From: a virus
Taxonomy: Duplodnaviria; Caudoviricetes
Direction: 5' to 3' (one strand)
Length of the DNA: 64,000 bases
IMG/VR virus record: IMGVR_UViG_2890766748_000002
Coordinates: 27,330 to 91,329 of that record
Below are positions 48,156 to 58,074 of this stretch, in pieces; the first letter of the stretch is position 1, and each line of letters opens with the position of its first letter. Under the pieces are notes generated by a model. The model searched no databases. It was given only the letters and a program-made list of their open reading frames with translations, and was not told the DNA's origin. Position numbers and translations under genes: made by a program.

Positions 48156-48529
48156 CGAAGCTGCTCCCGTTACTGGCGAATGGCATGCCTTTTTTGAAAA
48201 AGGCATGCGGCTGGTTTATGACGCCGATCCCGTTTGCGCTGGGCCCCTTGCTGATCCTTTGCTTTTTCTCGCTGCGGTCGTGTCAGAAAAACCGGAACTG
48301 TGAAATGCGGAGTGTTCAGATTTCCGACACGCTGGCCATGGCGCTGGCGGATGTTCGGCGGCTCCGGGAAGACACTGCAGTGTACCGAAAAAAGGAAAGG
48401 GCATATCAATTCAAATTCGATTCAACCAATAAGGCACATGAGAACTATCGTCTTTGGCTCGCTACTCTCAGCGATGCTGCACTTCAGCGCGAGGTCGATC
48501 GCGTATTCAACCGACCGGCGGGCCGATAG
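48149..48529 (+). CDS. Spanin-like (inner) protein
   Basis: N-terminal TM plus coiled coil at the end of the lysis cassette. Confidence 0.45.
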   Translation: MLTKLLPLLANGMPFLKKACGWFMTPIPFALGPLLILCFFSLRSCQKNRNCEMRSVQISDTLAMALADVRRLREDTAVYRKKERAYQFKFDSTNKAHENYRLWLATLSDAALQREVDRVFNRPAGR

Positions 48530-48893
48530 CAGCCGGGTTATCAATGTCGAGACAGAGCTGATACAGCCGAAGGCCCCGCCTGGCTATGTCATCCTGACGG
48601 CACAGGGAGCCATGCAGGCCCTGCTCGATCATCGCCGGGTCATCGATCTGGAAGTACGGCTGAAGGATTTATCCGAGCTGATGGAGGTAAAAGACATTCA
48701 CATCGCCCGGCAGGAGCGGGTGATCACCGAGCTGTCGACCCAGGCCAAATCGATGCGGGATCAATTGGTAACGCAGCCCGCTGCGGTGGCGCGGAGTGAT
48801 ACCGACAGGCGGAAACTGATCTGGAGCAAAATTGAGAACTGGGGGTGGCGGGGACTGGCTGCCTTTACCATGTACAAAATACTAAGCCGCTAA
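48438..48893 (+). CDS. Spanin-like partner protein
   Basis: Overlaps the previous gene; signal-like N-terminus, coiled coil, C-terminal hydrophobic end. Confidence 0.45.
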   Translation: MRTIVFGSLLSAMLHFSARSIAYSTDRRADSSRVINVETELIQPKAPPGYVILTAQGAMQALLDHRRVIDLEVRLKDLSELMEVKDIHIARQERVITELSTQAKSMRDQLVTQPAAVARSDTDRRKLIWSKIENWGWRGLAAFTMYKILSR

Positions 48894-48938
48894 TGGCTGA
48901 GGGTCCGATTTGGGTTAATCGGTTTAGGTTAAAAAGGG

Positions 48939-48967
48939 AAACCCCGGCTGCGATGCGGCCGGGGTTT
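48939..48967. terminator. Terminator between convergent genes
   Basis: AAACCCCGGCTGC-GAT-GCGGCCGGGGTTT. Confidence 0.8.
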
Positions 48968-48971
48968 TTGT

Positions 48972-49973
48972 TTAATAAATATCGGAAATCTTTTCTGTTA
49001 ACTTTGGTGGATCTGAAAAAAGTAAATCTTCAAAAAGATAATCCAATTTGTTGTCATCAATAAATGTCTCAATATCATACTTTAAAATTTTTCTAAAGAT
49101 TTTCCTGATTATTTCGTCAAGCTTCTGAGATAGTTGAATTTGGGTTTCTGGTAGTCTGTCCTTTTTATCAAGTTGTTGTCCATGTACATATTTTGAACGA
49201 ATATTATATACTCGTTTTATCAATCTATAGATTTCCTTCTTGTCTGATTTGTTAATTCCTATATAATTGGCGGTGTTTTGGGAAATTGTATGCGATATTT
49301 CACTCCCTCCTTTTGTTGAGAATAAACATTCTAAAATAATTATATAGTTTGCGATCTTATCTGAGACAATTATGCTATTACGTGCATTGCCTAACAATTG
49401 ATAAGCCCTTTGTATTCTGTTATGACTATTAAGGCTACTAATTGCCTCAATTGAAGAATTCTCTATTAATCCATTGGGAGGCTTAAATGGTTGGTTTATT
49501 AAAAATAAATTATCAAGATAGTTATAATACTCTAAGGCTTCATTTAACTCGGCCAAAGAGAAAAAAGTGTCAGAAAATTCTCCTGCTGAGTTTTTGTATC
49601 TCAATTCAATATCCCTTTCGGAAAATCTTTCATCTGAACAAAATGCTATAACAGTATTACAAGAACAGCTATTGTCTTTAACGAACCATAAACAACTTAA
49701 GAATTGAGTAATAGTTCTTAAACTACTTTCTGTTTGAATTCTTACACTGTCAAAATCTACGGTTTCATATATCCAATAAAAAAAGGGATTGTCTTCAAGC
49801 TCAACATTTTTTCTAATACCCATTACTAACGCAATATAGTCTGGGTCAAGGATTTCAGTAAGTATAGGGTGACCAATGCTGTAAAGTCCGTATTGAAAAA
49901 ATGGGAAGTGAATGTCTTTACTTGGCTCTCCAAACTTTAAATAAAAAGTGCTGGAAATTTCTATTGCGTGCAT
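48972..49973 (-). CDS. HEPN-domain protein (ApeA-like), candidate anti-phage RNase
   Basis: IILECLFS..SEISHTI...VYNIRSKYVHG (RxxxxH); low GC. Confidence 0.8.
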   Translation of the reverse strand: MHAIEISSTFYLKFGEPSKDIHFPFFQYGLYSIGHPILTEILDPDYIALVMGIRKNVELEDNPFFYWIYETVDFDSVRIQTESSLRTITQFLSCLWFVKDNSCSCNTVIAFCSDERFSERDIELRYKNSAGEFSDTFFSLAELNEALEYYNYLDNLFLINQPFKPPNGLIENSSIEAISSLNSHNRIQRAYQLLGNARNSIIVSDKIANYIIILECLFSTKGGSEISHTISQNTANYIGINKSDKKEIYRLIKRVYNIRSKYVHGQQLDKKDRLPETQIQLSQKLDEIIRKIFRKILKYDIETFIDDNKLDYLFEDLLFSDPPKLTEKISDIY

Positions 49974-50076
49974 ATATAGTGACGTGAATGTATACCTGTT
50001 GGTAAATATACTACTACGTTTGTATTCAGATGAAATGGTTTTTAATGAATAGTTGAAAAGGCTAAATGAGGAAGGT

Positions 50077-50487
50077 TTACCCGTAAATGGATAAGTCCTC
50101 GAATTTCTCATTCATCACACCTTCGATCGCCGGATACTTTTTCAACAACCCAACCACGGCCGTAAAGCGAAACTTCGTAGCCTGGTGACTGGCGACATCG
50201 TCCAGATAAAAATAGGGCGTCTGGTCGTACACCCAGATTTCCCCTTCGCCCGTCTGGGTTAATTCCCGTTTGGTTTTTGGAAGATTTATTGATCCGGAAG
50301 CGAGAACTCTTCCACTGTCATCCAGTAGTTCCATTCTCAGCACCAAAGCGCCGAGGGTATTGCGGTCAGACCACTGGAAGAAATACCGGTGAATGGGTAG
50401 TCCGTCTTCCACTATCTTTTTGGTGACCATTGATGTTACGGTAATGGGGTGCATGGAGCGAAGGTATTGATTTTGAGCGAATGGCAA
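50077..50487 (-). CDS. Hypothetical protein
   Basis: 136-aa ORF; start uncertain. Confidence 0.55.
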   Translation of the reverse strand: MPFAQNQYLRSMHPITVTSMVTKKIVEDGLPIHRYFFQWSDRNTLGALVLRMELLDDSGRVLASGSINLPKTKRELTQTGEGEIWVYDQTPYFYLDDVASHQATKFRFTAVVGLLKKYPAIEGVMNEKFEDLSIYG

Positions 50488-50581
50488 CAGATTCGGTTTT
50501 CAATACATTAAATTTGATTGTGAAAAATGCAAGTTACGGTGGGTACAGAATCCCTGCACCATCAAATGAGTGCTGGGATTT

Positions 50582-51352
50582 TTAATGTCGAAACCCATTG
50601 AGGGCATGTACAACAATGCCAAAGGGACGATTGATTACTCCGCCACCTACAATGATGTTAGCTTCACCTTCTGGACCTATCGCAATTTTTCTTTCATCAA
50701 TTTTTATTGGAATACCTTTGAAATAGCTATTTCCTGTTATGCAAATTGACTTGCCATTTTCCCATATTCTTAAATAATGATCTGTATCTGCACGATCAAT
50801 TATCCTAATTTCTCCTGGCCGACTCGTTAATATTCTAAATGAACTTGGTGCCCAATATCTATTTCTGGACATCCAAAATATTAAGTCTCCCTTTTTATTG
50901 TAAAATCTCACACTAAGGAATAATCTGCCATTTTCAATTCTAAGAGATATCATAGGTTCATCAAGCACAATTAAAGCATCTTGGACATTCAAGAAAGATG
51001 ATCCACCTATTCGAATCAAATGGTTTTCGGTATTAGTTAGGAGTAAGCCTGGGAAACGATCTCCCCTCATATGAGTAGATTTTCTTTTAATTAGTTCGTC
51101 TATTGGTATTTCACCTTTATGTACTTGATCGTGACAGTTGGGGCATAATAATATAAGGTTTTCAGGTGTGTGCAACCCTCCTTGAGCATATTCAAAAATA
51201 TGGTGTTGATGAGTTATAGGTGTTGAATCCCAAGCGCATTCAAAAAAATGCCTTGTACTAACCTCTCGTTGTACTGCTACAGGAATGTACCTACTTTTCT
51301 CATTTCTCTTAAAATTAGTTAGGTCGCTGAATCGATTGTTTTTGTTTCCCAT
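50582..51352 (-). CDS. HNH endonuclease with beta-rich C-terminal domain
   Basis: RYIP...C..HQHHI...GG.H..ENLILLCPNCHDQVH. Confidence 0.85.
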   Translation of the reverse strand: MGNKNNRFSDLTNFKRNEKSRYIPVAVQREVSTRHFFECAWDSTPITHQHHIFEYAQGGLHTPENLILLCPNCHDQVHKGEIPIDELIKRKSTHMRGDRFPGLLLTNTENHLIRIGGSSFLNVQDALIVLDEPMISLRIENGRLFLSVRFYNKKGDLIFWMSRNRYWAPSSFRILTSRPGEIRIIDRADTDHYLRIWENGKSICITGNSYFKGIPIKIDERKIAIGPEGEANIIVGGGVINRPFGIVVHALNGFRH

Positions 51353-51415
51353 TGTTAAATGTATTTGTTAATTATATATTTATTTAATTATTTTTTGAAT
51401 TTACTAGACTATCAA

Positions 51416-52333
51416 ATGAATTTACTAATAATTATTATAATAGCCTCACTTTCAGCATATTCTTCATTCATTTCTTCATCGGGTCCATTGACAGACAGGA
51501 GCGGTGTGAGAAATACAAAAAGACTTACAAAAAACGGAAAATGGGTAGTAGCAATAAATTTTGTACTGGTCACCATCCTTGCCATTCAAAGCTATTTGAA
51601 TGATCTAGAGATTAAAGAGAAGGACATATTAGCGGAAAAAAAGCAAGGCTTAAGGGATATTATGTTGAAAAATAACTACGATTCCTCTCTGAGGGTTTCA
51701 AAAAAACAATCAGATTCTTCACTACTTGTAATGAAAGAAAGGTTTGATTTTGCTGATTCTAGTAAAACTAGAACAGTAGTTGAAGCACTTGGGAAATATA
51801 GTTTGAAATTAGATACTACTAATAAAAATATCGCAATTGTAAAAGATTCCGCAAAAACAAGAATTATTACGCCAAACGATCCTATAATAACATTATGTGA
51901 CAATATTGGTATTGTGCCAAAATCTTTAAATAAAAAAAATCATATTTATGAAATTTCATTTTGTAGCGAAACAGCTAATAGTTCTAGCCTAGAATTAATG
52001 AATAGAATTGTAGTTGAGGACTCAACTAATATATTAAGAATAATAGGGAAAATCCCAATTTTAGATGTAGATAACTTGATCATGGGGAAAGGCGTCACTG
52101 CAGATTTGCAGATAGATGGATCTAAACCATATGATATCATGTATTTTACTATTGAAGGGGATTATAAAAATTTTGACAAATCTAAAAGTTACTCAATTAG
52201 TGAAATTTATTTTTATGATAAAAAGAAGAAAAGATTTGGCTACTTAAAAAATAGATTTAAAAATGATATTCTTAAATTTTTAAATAGCCGCTATGTCCCA
52301 AAATTATCGTCAGCAAGATTAGGGTTCGAATAA
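51416..52333 (+). CDS. AT-rich two-TM cargo protein
   Basis: Two N-terminal hydrophobic segments, coiled coil, beta domain. Confidence 0.65.
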   Translation: MNLLIIIIIASLSAYSSFISSSGPLTDRSGVRNTKRLTKNGKWVVAINFVLVTILAIQSYLNDLEIKEKDILAEKKQGLRDIMLKNNYDSSLRVSKKQSDSSLLVMKERFDFADSSKTRTVVEALGKYSLKLDTTNKNIAIVKDSAKTRIITPNDPIITLCDNIGIVPKSLNKKNHIYEISFCSETANSSSLELMNRIVVEDSTNILRIIGKIPILDVDNLIMGKGVTADLQIDGSKPYDIMYFTIEGDYKNFDKSKSYSISEIYFYDKKKKRFGYLKNRFKNDILKFLNSRYVPKLSSARLGFE

Positions 52334-52508
52334 TGATGTTGAGTAAATATTTCAAAGATTCTTCTCGGTCCTATAGTTAATATGTCGCTTTACTTTTCTC
52401 TTATCCTTGATAATCAACGGTCATTGCCAAGTTTTTATATTAATGTAGAAATGGAGTCAGCGACGGGAATAAGTCCATCGCCAAACAGCCATTTTTTTTA
52501 ATAAAGTA

Positions 52509-55052
52509 TCAGGAAACTTTTTGAAATTGTTCAGAATCAATTAGATCAAACAGTGTCGGCACGGTCTTTTTGTATTCGGCTTCCTGACAGTATTCACAGC
52601 CGAACCGCCAGTAAGCGGCATTCAATTCAACTCCATACCCACGTCGGTTCATTTTTATGGCAACGTACGGCACGGTCATTAAGCCGCCGAAAGGATCATA
52701 CACCTGATCTCCTTCGTTGGAATAGCGACCGATCAACCGTTCCACGATATCCAGCTGTAGCGGGCAAACGTGGTTTTCGTTGCGCTTCTGAGTCTGGTTG
52801 CTGTTCAGGGTTCGCATCCGGACGATGTCCGTCCAGACGTTGTTGTAATGAGAACCGGGCGCGAAGAGCATGAACGAAGAGGGCATGCGACCGGCTTTTT
52901 CCAATTCAGAACCCATGTCGACGTGCTGACGGTAATCGTATACGTTCTTTTTATTCCAATCCCGGTACCAGCGTAGAATCGATTCGACATCCTTGCCGGT
53001 CATTTCCTCCGGTTGCAGCATCCGGTCACCCGATGAGCGCCAGAAACCGGATGCCTGAATTTGCCATTCCCGCCGGGGAAGCTGCTCTTTGGTGCGGGTT
53101 ACCGGAACGTCCGCGTAACTGTTCGAGGTATCGGTTGGCAGCTTTCTGAACAGCAGAACGTACTCATTCTGGCCACAGCCCATTTTGGTGCCGTCCTTGC
53201 AAACCTCGGTGTGACCGAGCCGGTACGTCTGGTTGTTTTCCCGCACGACGTCCGTCACCACGACGATACGACCGCAGTAAATCCAGCCGTGTTTTGTAAA
53301 GGCCGTCACCGTTTTGTCGCTGAATGGATTAACCGAATACATGCCGTTGCCGGTCATACTGCCAAACTCGATCCGGTCTTTGACGTGGATGCAGGCCAGC
53401 CGCCCGGGTTGCGTCACCCGCAGGAGTTCCGGTACCAGATAATCCATTTGTTTGAAAAACGCTTCATCACCGGCATTGTGTCCGAAATCCTCATAAGCCG
53501 GGCTGTATTCGTATTGGTCGCTGAACGGAATCGACGTGACGACCAAACCGACGCTGTTGGTTTTCATTCGCTTGGTTTCCTTCACCGTATCGTTCCGCAC
53601 GGCCGTGTACAGAATCCCTTTTTTCTCCAGACGTTCCACACCCAGGCTCCGCTTGATTTCAAACTCCATCGCGTTATTGACCAGCCCGTATTTTTTAATA
53701 ATGTCCTGCATGGTGCGAACCAGGTGGCGGTGCAGGTCCCATTTGGCCAGTACCTGACGCATGATCTGATCTTCCGACTCGGTGTAGATGATATGCACCT
53801 CGACCGTGTGTTTCTGCTGGAAACGCTGGGTCCGGTGAATCGCCTGAATGAAATCGTTGAATTCGTAATTAATGCCCAGGAAGATATTGGCGTGACAATG
53901 GCGCTGAAAATTGCAGCCACTCCCGGCAATTTCGGGTTTGGTCGCCAGGATCCGGTGTTCCCCACGGCTAAAGGCCTGAATCAGCTCTTCGCGTTTTTCC
54001 AGATCCTGCGAACCGAAGGCCGTTACCGCATCGGGAAGAGCCGATTCGATTTCCTTCCGCTCATCTTCGAGGTGGTGCCAGAGCAACCAGTGTTTTTCCG
54101 GATCGTCGGCTTTGATGATGCCCACCGCTTTGGCAATCCGGTCGAGGAGTGATAACCGCTTTTCTCTGGCCGCATCTTTCAGGCTCAGAGCCGCATCGCG
54201 AAACAATTTGCCCTGACCCCAGCTATCATATCCGGCCACGGAATGATCGACCGGGATCCGGTGAAATACCACTTTTAGTTCCGGCAGATCGTACCCGGTA
54301 TCATCATAACCCAAATCGGACGGCTTGGAGAGAAACAGTGCCCAGGACGATACCCACAGCCAGAATTCCCGTTCCTTGTGCGGATATAGCGTCAAATCAC
54401 CCGCTTTCTCACTGTTGCGCTGGAAATACCGCGTGAGTGCCTGCCCGGTATCCATCACGCCTAAAAAACCGGCATAGTGAATCAGTTCTTTGGTCCGGTT
54501 CGGCGAGGGCGTAGCGGTGAAGACAAACCGGTGGGGGATGCACTCCAGTACGTCCAGAAACGTCTGGTAGGTCTTCGATCCGAACGACCGCAGTACAGAC
54601 GCTTCGTCCAGACACACGCAGGAGAAAACCGAGAAGTCGGCAATCTGGCCCTCGCGAACCCGCTCGTAATTGGTGATCATGAACGGTGTTTCGCATTCGA
54701 TCACCTCCTGATCCGTGCGAACGTACTGAACATCCATTCCCATCGCCGGGCCGTCATTTTCCGTGAACTCCTGACGGACGCCCAGCGGAGCGATGAACAA
54801 CGTCTTGCCGCCCTTCACCCGGTAAATCTGACGGCCGATCTCCAGCTGGTCGCGGGTTTTACCCAGGCCGAAGGATTTGAAGATCGCCCGGCAGCCACCG
54901 GCCAGTGCCCACTTGACCGTATCGCGCTGGTGTGGAAACAGGCTTTCGTGCAGGTCGGAATCGGCCACCTCGAACCCTGAAACGGGAGACTCAAGTATTT
55001 TCTTTTCAATGAAGGCGTCGTAATCCAGTTCGAGCGTTTCGTTATTTTCCAT
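52509..55052 (-). CDS. SNF2-like helicase fused to an N4/N6 DNA methyltransferase
   Basis: FGLGKT, LDEAS, TATPSPN, GSGCNFQ; TSIPF, HVCPLQ, YDPFGG. Confidence 0.88.
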   Translation of the reverse strand: MENNETLELDYDAFIEKKILESPVSGFEVADSDLHESLFPHQRDTVKWALAGGCRAIFKSFGLGKTRDQLEIGRQIYRVKGGKTLFIAPLGVRQEFTENDGPAMGMDVQYVRTDQEVIECETPFMITNYERVREGQIADFSVFSCVCLDEASVLRSFGSKTYQTFLDVLECIPHRFVFTATPSPNRTKELIHYAGFLGVMDTGQALTRYFQRNSEKAGDLTLYPHKEREFWLWVSSWALFLSKPSDLGYDDTGYDLPELKVVFHRIPVDHSVAGYDSWGQGKLFRDAALSLKDAAREKRLSLLDRIAKAVGIIKADDPEKHWLLWHHLEDERKEIESALPDAVTAFGSQDLEKREELIQAFSRGEHRILATKPEIAGSGCNFQRHCHANIFLGINYEFNDFIQAIHRTQRFQQKHTVEVHIIYTESEDQIMRQVLAKWDLHRHLVRTMQDIIKKYGLVNNAMEFEIKRSLGVERLEKKGILYTAVRNDTVKETKRMKTNSVGLVVTSIPFSDQYEYSPAYEDFGHNAGDEAFFKQMDYLVPELLRVTQPGRLACIHVKDRIEFGSMTGNGMYSVNPFSDKTVTAFTKHGWIYCGRIVVVTDVVRENNQTYRLGHTEVCKDGTKMGCGQNEYVLLFRKLPTDTSNSYADVPVTRTKEQLPRREWQIQASGFWRSSGDRMLQPEEMTGKDVESILRWYRDWNKKNVYDYRQHVDMGSELEKAGRMPSSFMLFAPGSHYNNVWTDIVRMRTLNSNQTQKRNENHVCPLQLDIVERLIGRYSNEGDQVYDPFGGLMTVPYVAIKMNRRGYGVELNAAYWRFGCEYCQEAEYKKTVPTLFDLIDSEQFQKVS

Positions 55053-55267
55053 CAGAATAATTTCGTTTGTTCGCCTTTTGATAGGTTACGAATGCGAATC
55101 AGCCTTGCTAAAACCGACTCCATTCGTTCCATTTGCAGTTTTGCCGTTTCCGGCTTAAGTGTTGGGCTGGGCCCTGAAGTCCATTTCGGGTAAACAGACC
55201 TGCGCATTTTCAATTCTCGCTCGATCTCGTGGATTTCATCGTCGATCGTTACCTCTTTCGCTGCCAT
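55052..55267 (-). CDS. Hypothetical phage protein
   Basis: IERELKMRRSVYPKW motif common in phages. Confidence 0.7.
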   Translation of the reverse strand: MAAKEVTIDDEIHEIERELKMRRSVYPKWTSGPSPTLKPETAKLQMERMESVLARLIRIRNLSKGEQTKLF

Positions 55268-55276
55268 ACCTGATTG

Positions 55277-55837
55277 TTATTTTTGAGTTGGTTTCAGTCG
55301 CTTACCGGGTGCAAGCACCTCGACCTGTTCGCCTATGAACCGCTTTTGGGCAACTTCCTGCGCGGTGGCAAACCGGAACCGGTGCCCTTTCGCCACCTTG
55401 ACTTTTCCGTTGCAGGCGTAGCCGATCATGGCGGTGGATATGCCCAGATCATTACGGGCATGCATGGCTGATTTGTAGAACTTCCCGTTGCTGAGGCACA
55501 CCAGCGGTTTTACTTTGCCCCGGTTGCGAGTCGGCTTTTCCTCCGCAGGCACCGCAAGCGGCTCTGCAACCGGCTCCGATTCAGAAGCCCAGAAGTCCTG
55601 CTCAAAATCGCCGGGTTTGATGCCCGGGCCGATCAGCTTTTGTCCCATGCGGCCGTACTTCTGGATTTTCTCAGCAAGCCGCTTTTTTTCGAAAAAGATG
55701 TAGGTACCGGGCTTGACATCCGGTCCGGTGACCAGGTACCGTTTCTTCCCGGTAAGGGACGGAATGGCGACGTTTTCACCGGCGGGCTTGAATCCCCATC
55801 CGGAGGAGCCGACTGTTTGTGTGGCAGGTTTTCTCAT
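55277..55837 (-). CDS. NUMOD1-like DNA-binding protein
   Basis: KPLVCLSNGKFYKSAMHARNDLGI...CNGK..AKGHRFRF. Confidence 0.65.
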   Translation of the reverse strand: MRKPATQTVGSSGWGFKPAGENVAIPSLTGKKRYLVTGPDVKPGTYIFFEKKRLAEKIQKYGRMGQKLIGPGIKPGDFEQDFWASESEPVAEPLAVPAEEKPTRNRGKVKPLVCLSNGKFYKSAMHARNDLGISTAMIGYACNGKVKVAKGHRFRFATAQEVAQKRFIGEQVEVLAPGKRLKPTQK

Positions 55838-55841
55838 GAGA

Positions 55842-56270
55842 TCAGGCGGCTTCGGGTTTTTGATACAGGAACACTTCAAGGATGTTCGACTTTTTGACGT
55901 CTATGATTTCGTAGGGAATGAGCGTTGTTTTCAACCCTTCGTTGACGCGTTCGTGAGCATTGGCGACGTCGGTTGCGCTGACCAGAATGTTAATTGGAAT
56001 TCGCTTTTCTTTACCCTTATCGTTTTCGGTAATGTACACGACGTTGCAGAGGTATTTATCATCGATCGATTCGTCCAAAAACATGTCGTGGACTTTAAAC
56101 GGATCCATCCGTTTGATGGAAAAATCGTTGTGGAGCAATTCCATTTCCCGGTAGAGTATGGCTTCGCCTTCGGTCCAACTGACTGCATCGACCAGATAGA
56201 CTTCATTTTTTGTCACGAATTTGCCCTGCTCGTTTTGCTGCTGGAACCGGATTTGTGCTTTTAGGTACAT
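55842..56270 (-). CDS. DUF4494-like protein
   Basis: YLVDAVSWTEGEA...ITENDKGKEKR..ILVSA. Confidence 0.75.
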   Translation of the reverse strand: MYLKAQIRFQQQNEQGKFVTKNEVYLVDAVSWTEGEAILYREMELLHNDFSIKRMDPFKVHDMFLDESIDDKYLCNVVYITENDKGKEKRIPINILVSATDVANAHERVNEGLKTTLIPYEIIDVKKSNILEVFLYQKPEAA

Positions 56271-56562
56271 GAGTATTGAGTTTTAAAGTGAAATTCAGAG
56301 TAATGCCCAGATGCTCCTGGATGACGGTTTGCACTTCCGCAGCGCATTCGTTGAAGCCTTTCATGTAATGCACCGTCTGGCAGTAGTCGATGGCGCGCAT
56401 CAAAGTGACCCGCTGAGGCAAATCGACTTTGGTCGGCTTATTGTCTTTTACATCCTGAACCGATGCGTAGTACTGGCCACCGATCTTTTCGTAGCCGAGG
56501 TACATTTCGAGGATTTCGTCACGTTCCTGCTCGGTTAATACCTGTTTCCAGATTCCGTCCAT
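56203..56562 (-). CDS. Hypothetical phage protein
   Basis: ORF in the operon. Confidence 0.55.
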   Translation of the reverse strand: MDGIWKQVLTEQERDEILEMYLGYEKIGGQYYASVQDVKDNKPTKVDLPQRVTLMRAIDYCQTVHYMKGFNECAAEVQTVIQEHLGITLNFTLKLNTHVPKSTNPVPAAKRAGQIRDKK

Positions 56563-56570
56563 AGTTTTGA

Positions 56571-57071
56571 TTAGAGTCCGACGACGTAGCTGCACGCATC
56601 GATGATTTCCTGATTATTTGTTTTCAGGCCAGTGAACCGGGTAAATTCAAGCCGGGTCCACTTTTCTTTCCGGGGCATTTCTTCGACGAATCCGAATCCG
56701 TGATGCTCCAGAAAGGCTTTGATTGTCAGCCCGACGCCTTCGTTTTGCCCAACCCGCCGGGCCATTTCTTCCCGGACTCGTTTCTCGTAATCCTTTGCCC
56801 GAATCGATCCCGGTTCGACGCCTTTCGGCAATTTGACCGTGTGGTAATTCGCTTTCGGGTTCAGATAACCCGCTTCGAGGTGGACGAAAACATGATCTTT
56901 CCCGAGGTCAAGCAGCCACGCCTGTAGGTCTACAAAGGGCATTACCTGGGCGACCAGTACTTTTCGATCCTTCCGGGACCACATGCCTACTCCCGATGCT
57001 TTGAGATCCGGATCGATGCCGACAGCGTAGGGAAACCGGCGATTCGGCAGTTGATAAAGCGGTTTTTCCAT
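56571..57071 (-). CDS. RuvC-like Holliday junction resolvase
   Basis: VGIDPD..SG, HLEAG, NQEIIDA. Confidence 0.7.
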   Translation of the reverse strand: MEKPLYQLPNRRFPYAVGIDPDLKASGVGMWSRKDRKVLVAQVMPFVDLQAWLLDLGKDHVFVHLEAGYLNPKANYHTVKLPKGVEPGSIRAKDYEKRVREEMARRVGQNEGVGLTIKAFLEHHGFGFVEEMPRKEKWTRLEFTRFTGLKTNNQEIIDACSYVVGL

Positions 57072-57181
57072 TACGGCTTTTCCGGTTCGGTGTGGTGGCC
57101 GGGGCCAATTTGAAAGGCCAAATAGACCAGGTAAGCAGCCAGGCAGATGAGGGCCAGAAACAAGATTTTAGCGATAAGCAT
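57071..57181 (-). CDS. 36-aa TM peptide
   Basis: Manual translation MLIAKILFLALICLAAYLVYLAFQIG...; TAATG coupling. Confidence 0.5.
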   Translation of the reverse strand: MLIAKILFLALICLAAYLVYLAFQIGPGHHTEPEKP

Positions 57182-57183
57182 GG

Positions 57184-58074
57184 TTACAGTGATGGGGTTG
57201 ATTTGAGACTGGAGACGACCACGACGAAATCCGATTCGGGAATCAAGCTGACGAGGTAGTGATTGAGTGCCAGAACTTTTGCATAGGTGAGGACCCGGTT
57301 AGAAGCCGTCGGTGTCAGCATGCCGTTGATCAGGCTGGCCAGATCGCGGATCTGCTTGGTGCGTTCTGTTTCGTGCAGGGTTTTGTTTTTGCCCTGGTTG
57401 TTGGCGATATCCCAGGTGATTTCGTCGATAGCCCGGTTCCAGAAACCAATTTTCTGCTCCTTGCTCATCTGGATTTTCCCTTTCGAATCGAGCCAGTCGT
57501 ACAGCGCATTGCCCAGGTCCTGATACTGCCCCCCGTGTTTGACGGTTTCGACGGCGCGTTTGAGCGTGAATTCCATCCACTTCTCCGCTTCGTCCTGATC
57601 AGGCTCTTTAGGCGTTGATTCGGGCAAAAGCAGTTGGTCCCGGTAGACGCGCTGCAACTCGACATTGCCTTGCCGAAACCGCAGGTAGGCAGCCATCACG
57701 TCGGAGAAGTAATTCGGATCGATGGCCCTGTAAACCTCAATGCCCAGTTTGCGCGAAACCAGCAGCTCATACGCCAGCTTGATTTCTTCGATCGTCCAGG
57801 TTGCGTACTGACTCTGAATCCATTTCAAAACCGTCAGTACGGTTTTCAGGTGTTCAGGCTTGTCCTCCGCCGAAACCTTGATCCCGATCAGGGCGATGAT
57901 GCCATTCAGCAGGGCATTCAGGTCGTTGACCGTGGCGTCAGCCACTTTCTTGCCCATTCTGCATGTAATCAAGGAGCTCGTCGTCGGTTGTAATTGCAAG
58001 TGCTTTAGTTGCTCTTGGACTGCCTGAACGGGCAACTGACTGGCTGTTTGCGCTGTGATAAGTTCGCTGCTCAT
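57184..58074 (-). CDS. Replication-associated protein (helicase-loader position)
   Basis: TIEEIKLAYEL...YFSDVMAAY; follows the initiator gene. Confidence 0.5.
   Translation of the reverse strand: MSSELITAQTASQLPVQAVQEQLKHLQLQPTTSSLITCRMGKKVADATVNDLNALLNGIIALIGIKVSAEDKPEHLKTVLTVLKWIQSQYATWTIEEIKLAYELLVSRKLGIEVYRAIDPNYFSDVMAAYLRFRQGNVELQRVYRDQLLLPESTPKEPDQDEAEKWMEFTLKRAVETVKHGGQYQDLGNALYDWLDSKGKIQMSKEQKIGFWNRAIDEITWDIANNQGKNKTLHETERTKQIRDLASLINGMLTPTASNRVLTYAKVLALNHYLVSLIPESDFVVVVSSLKSTPSL

Noticed and set aside
18338-48893. Genome-wide TAG recoding (genetic code 15)
   Set aside because: Long structural genes are intact in code 11, several genes end normally in TAG, and no suppressor tRNA was seen; only one clear internal TAG
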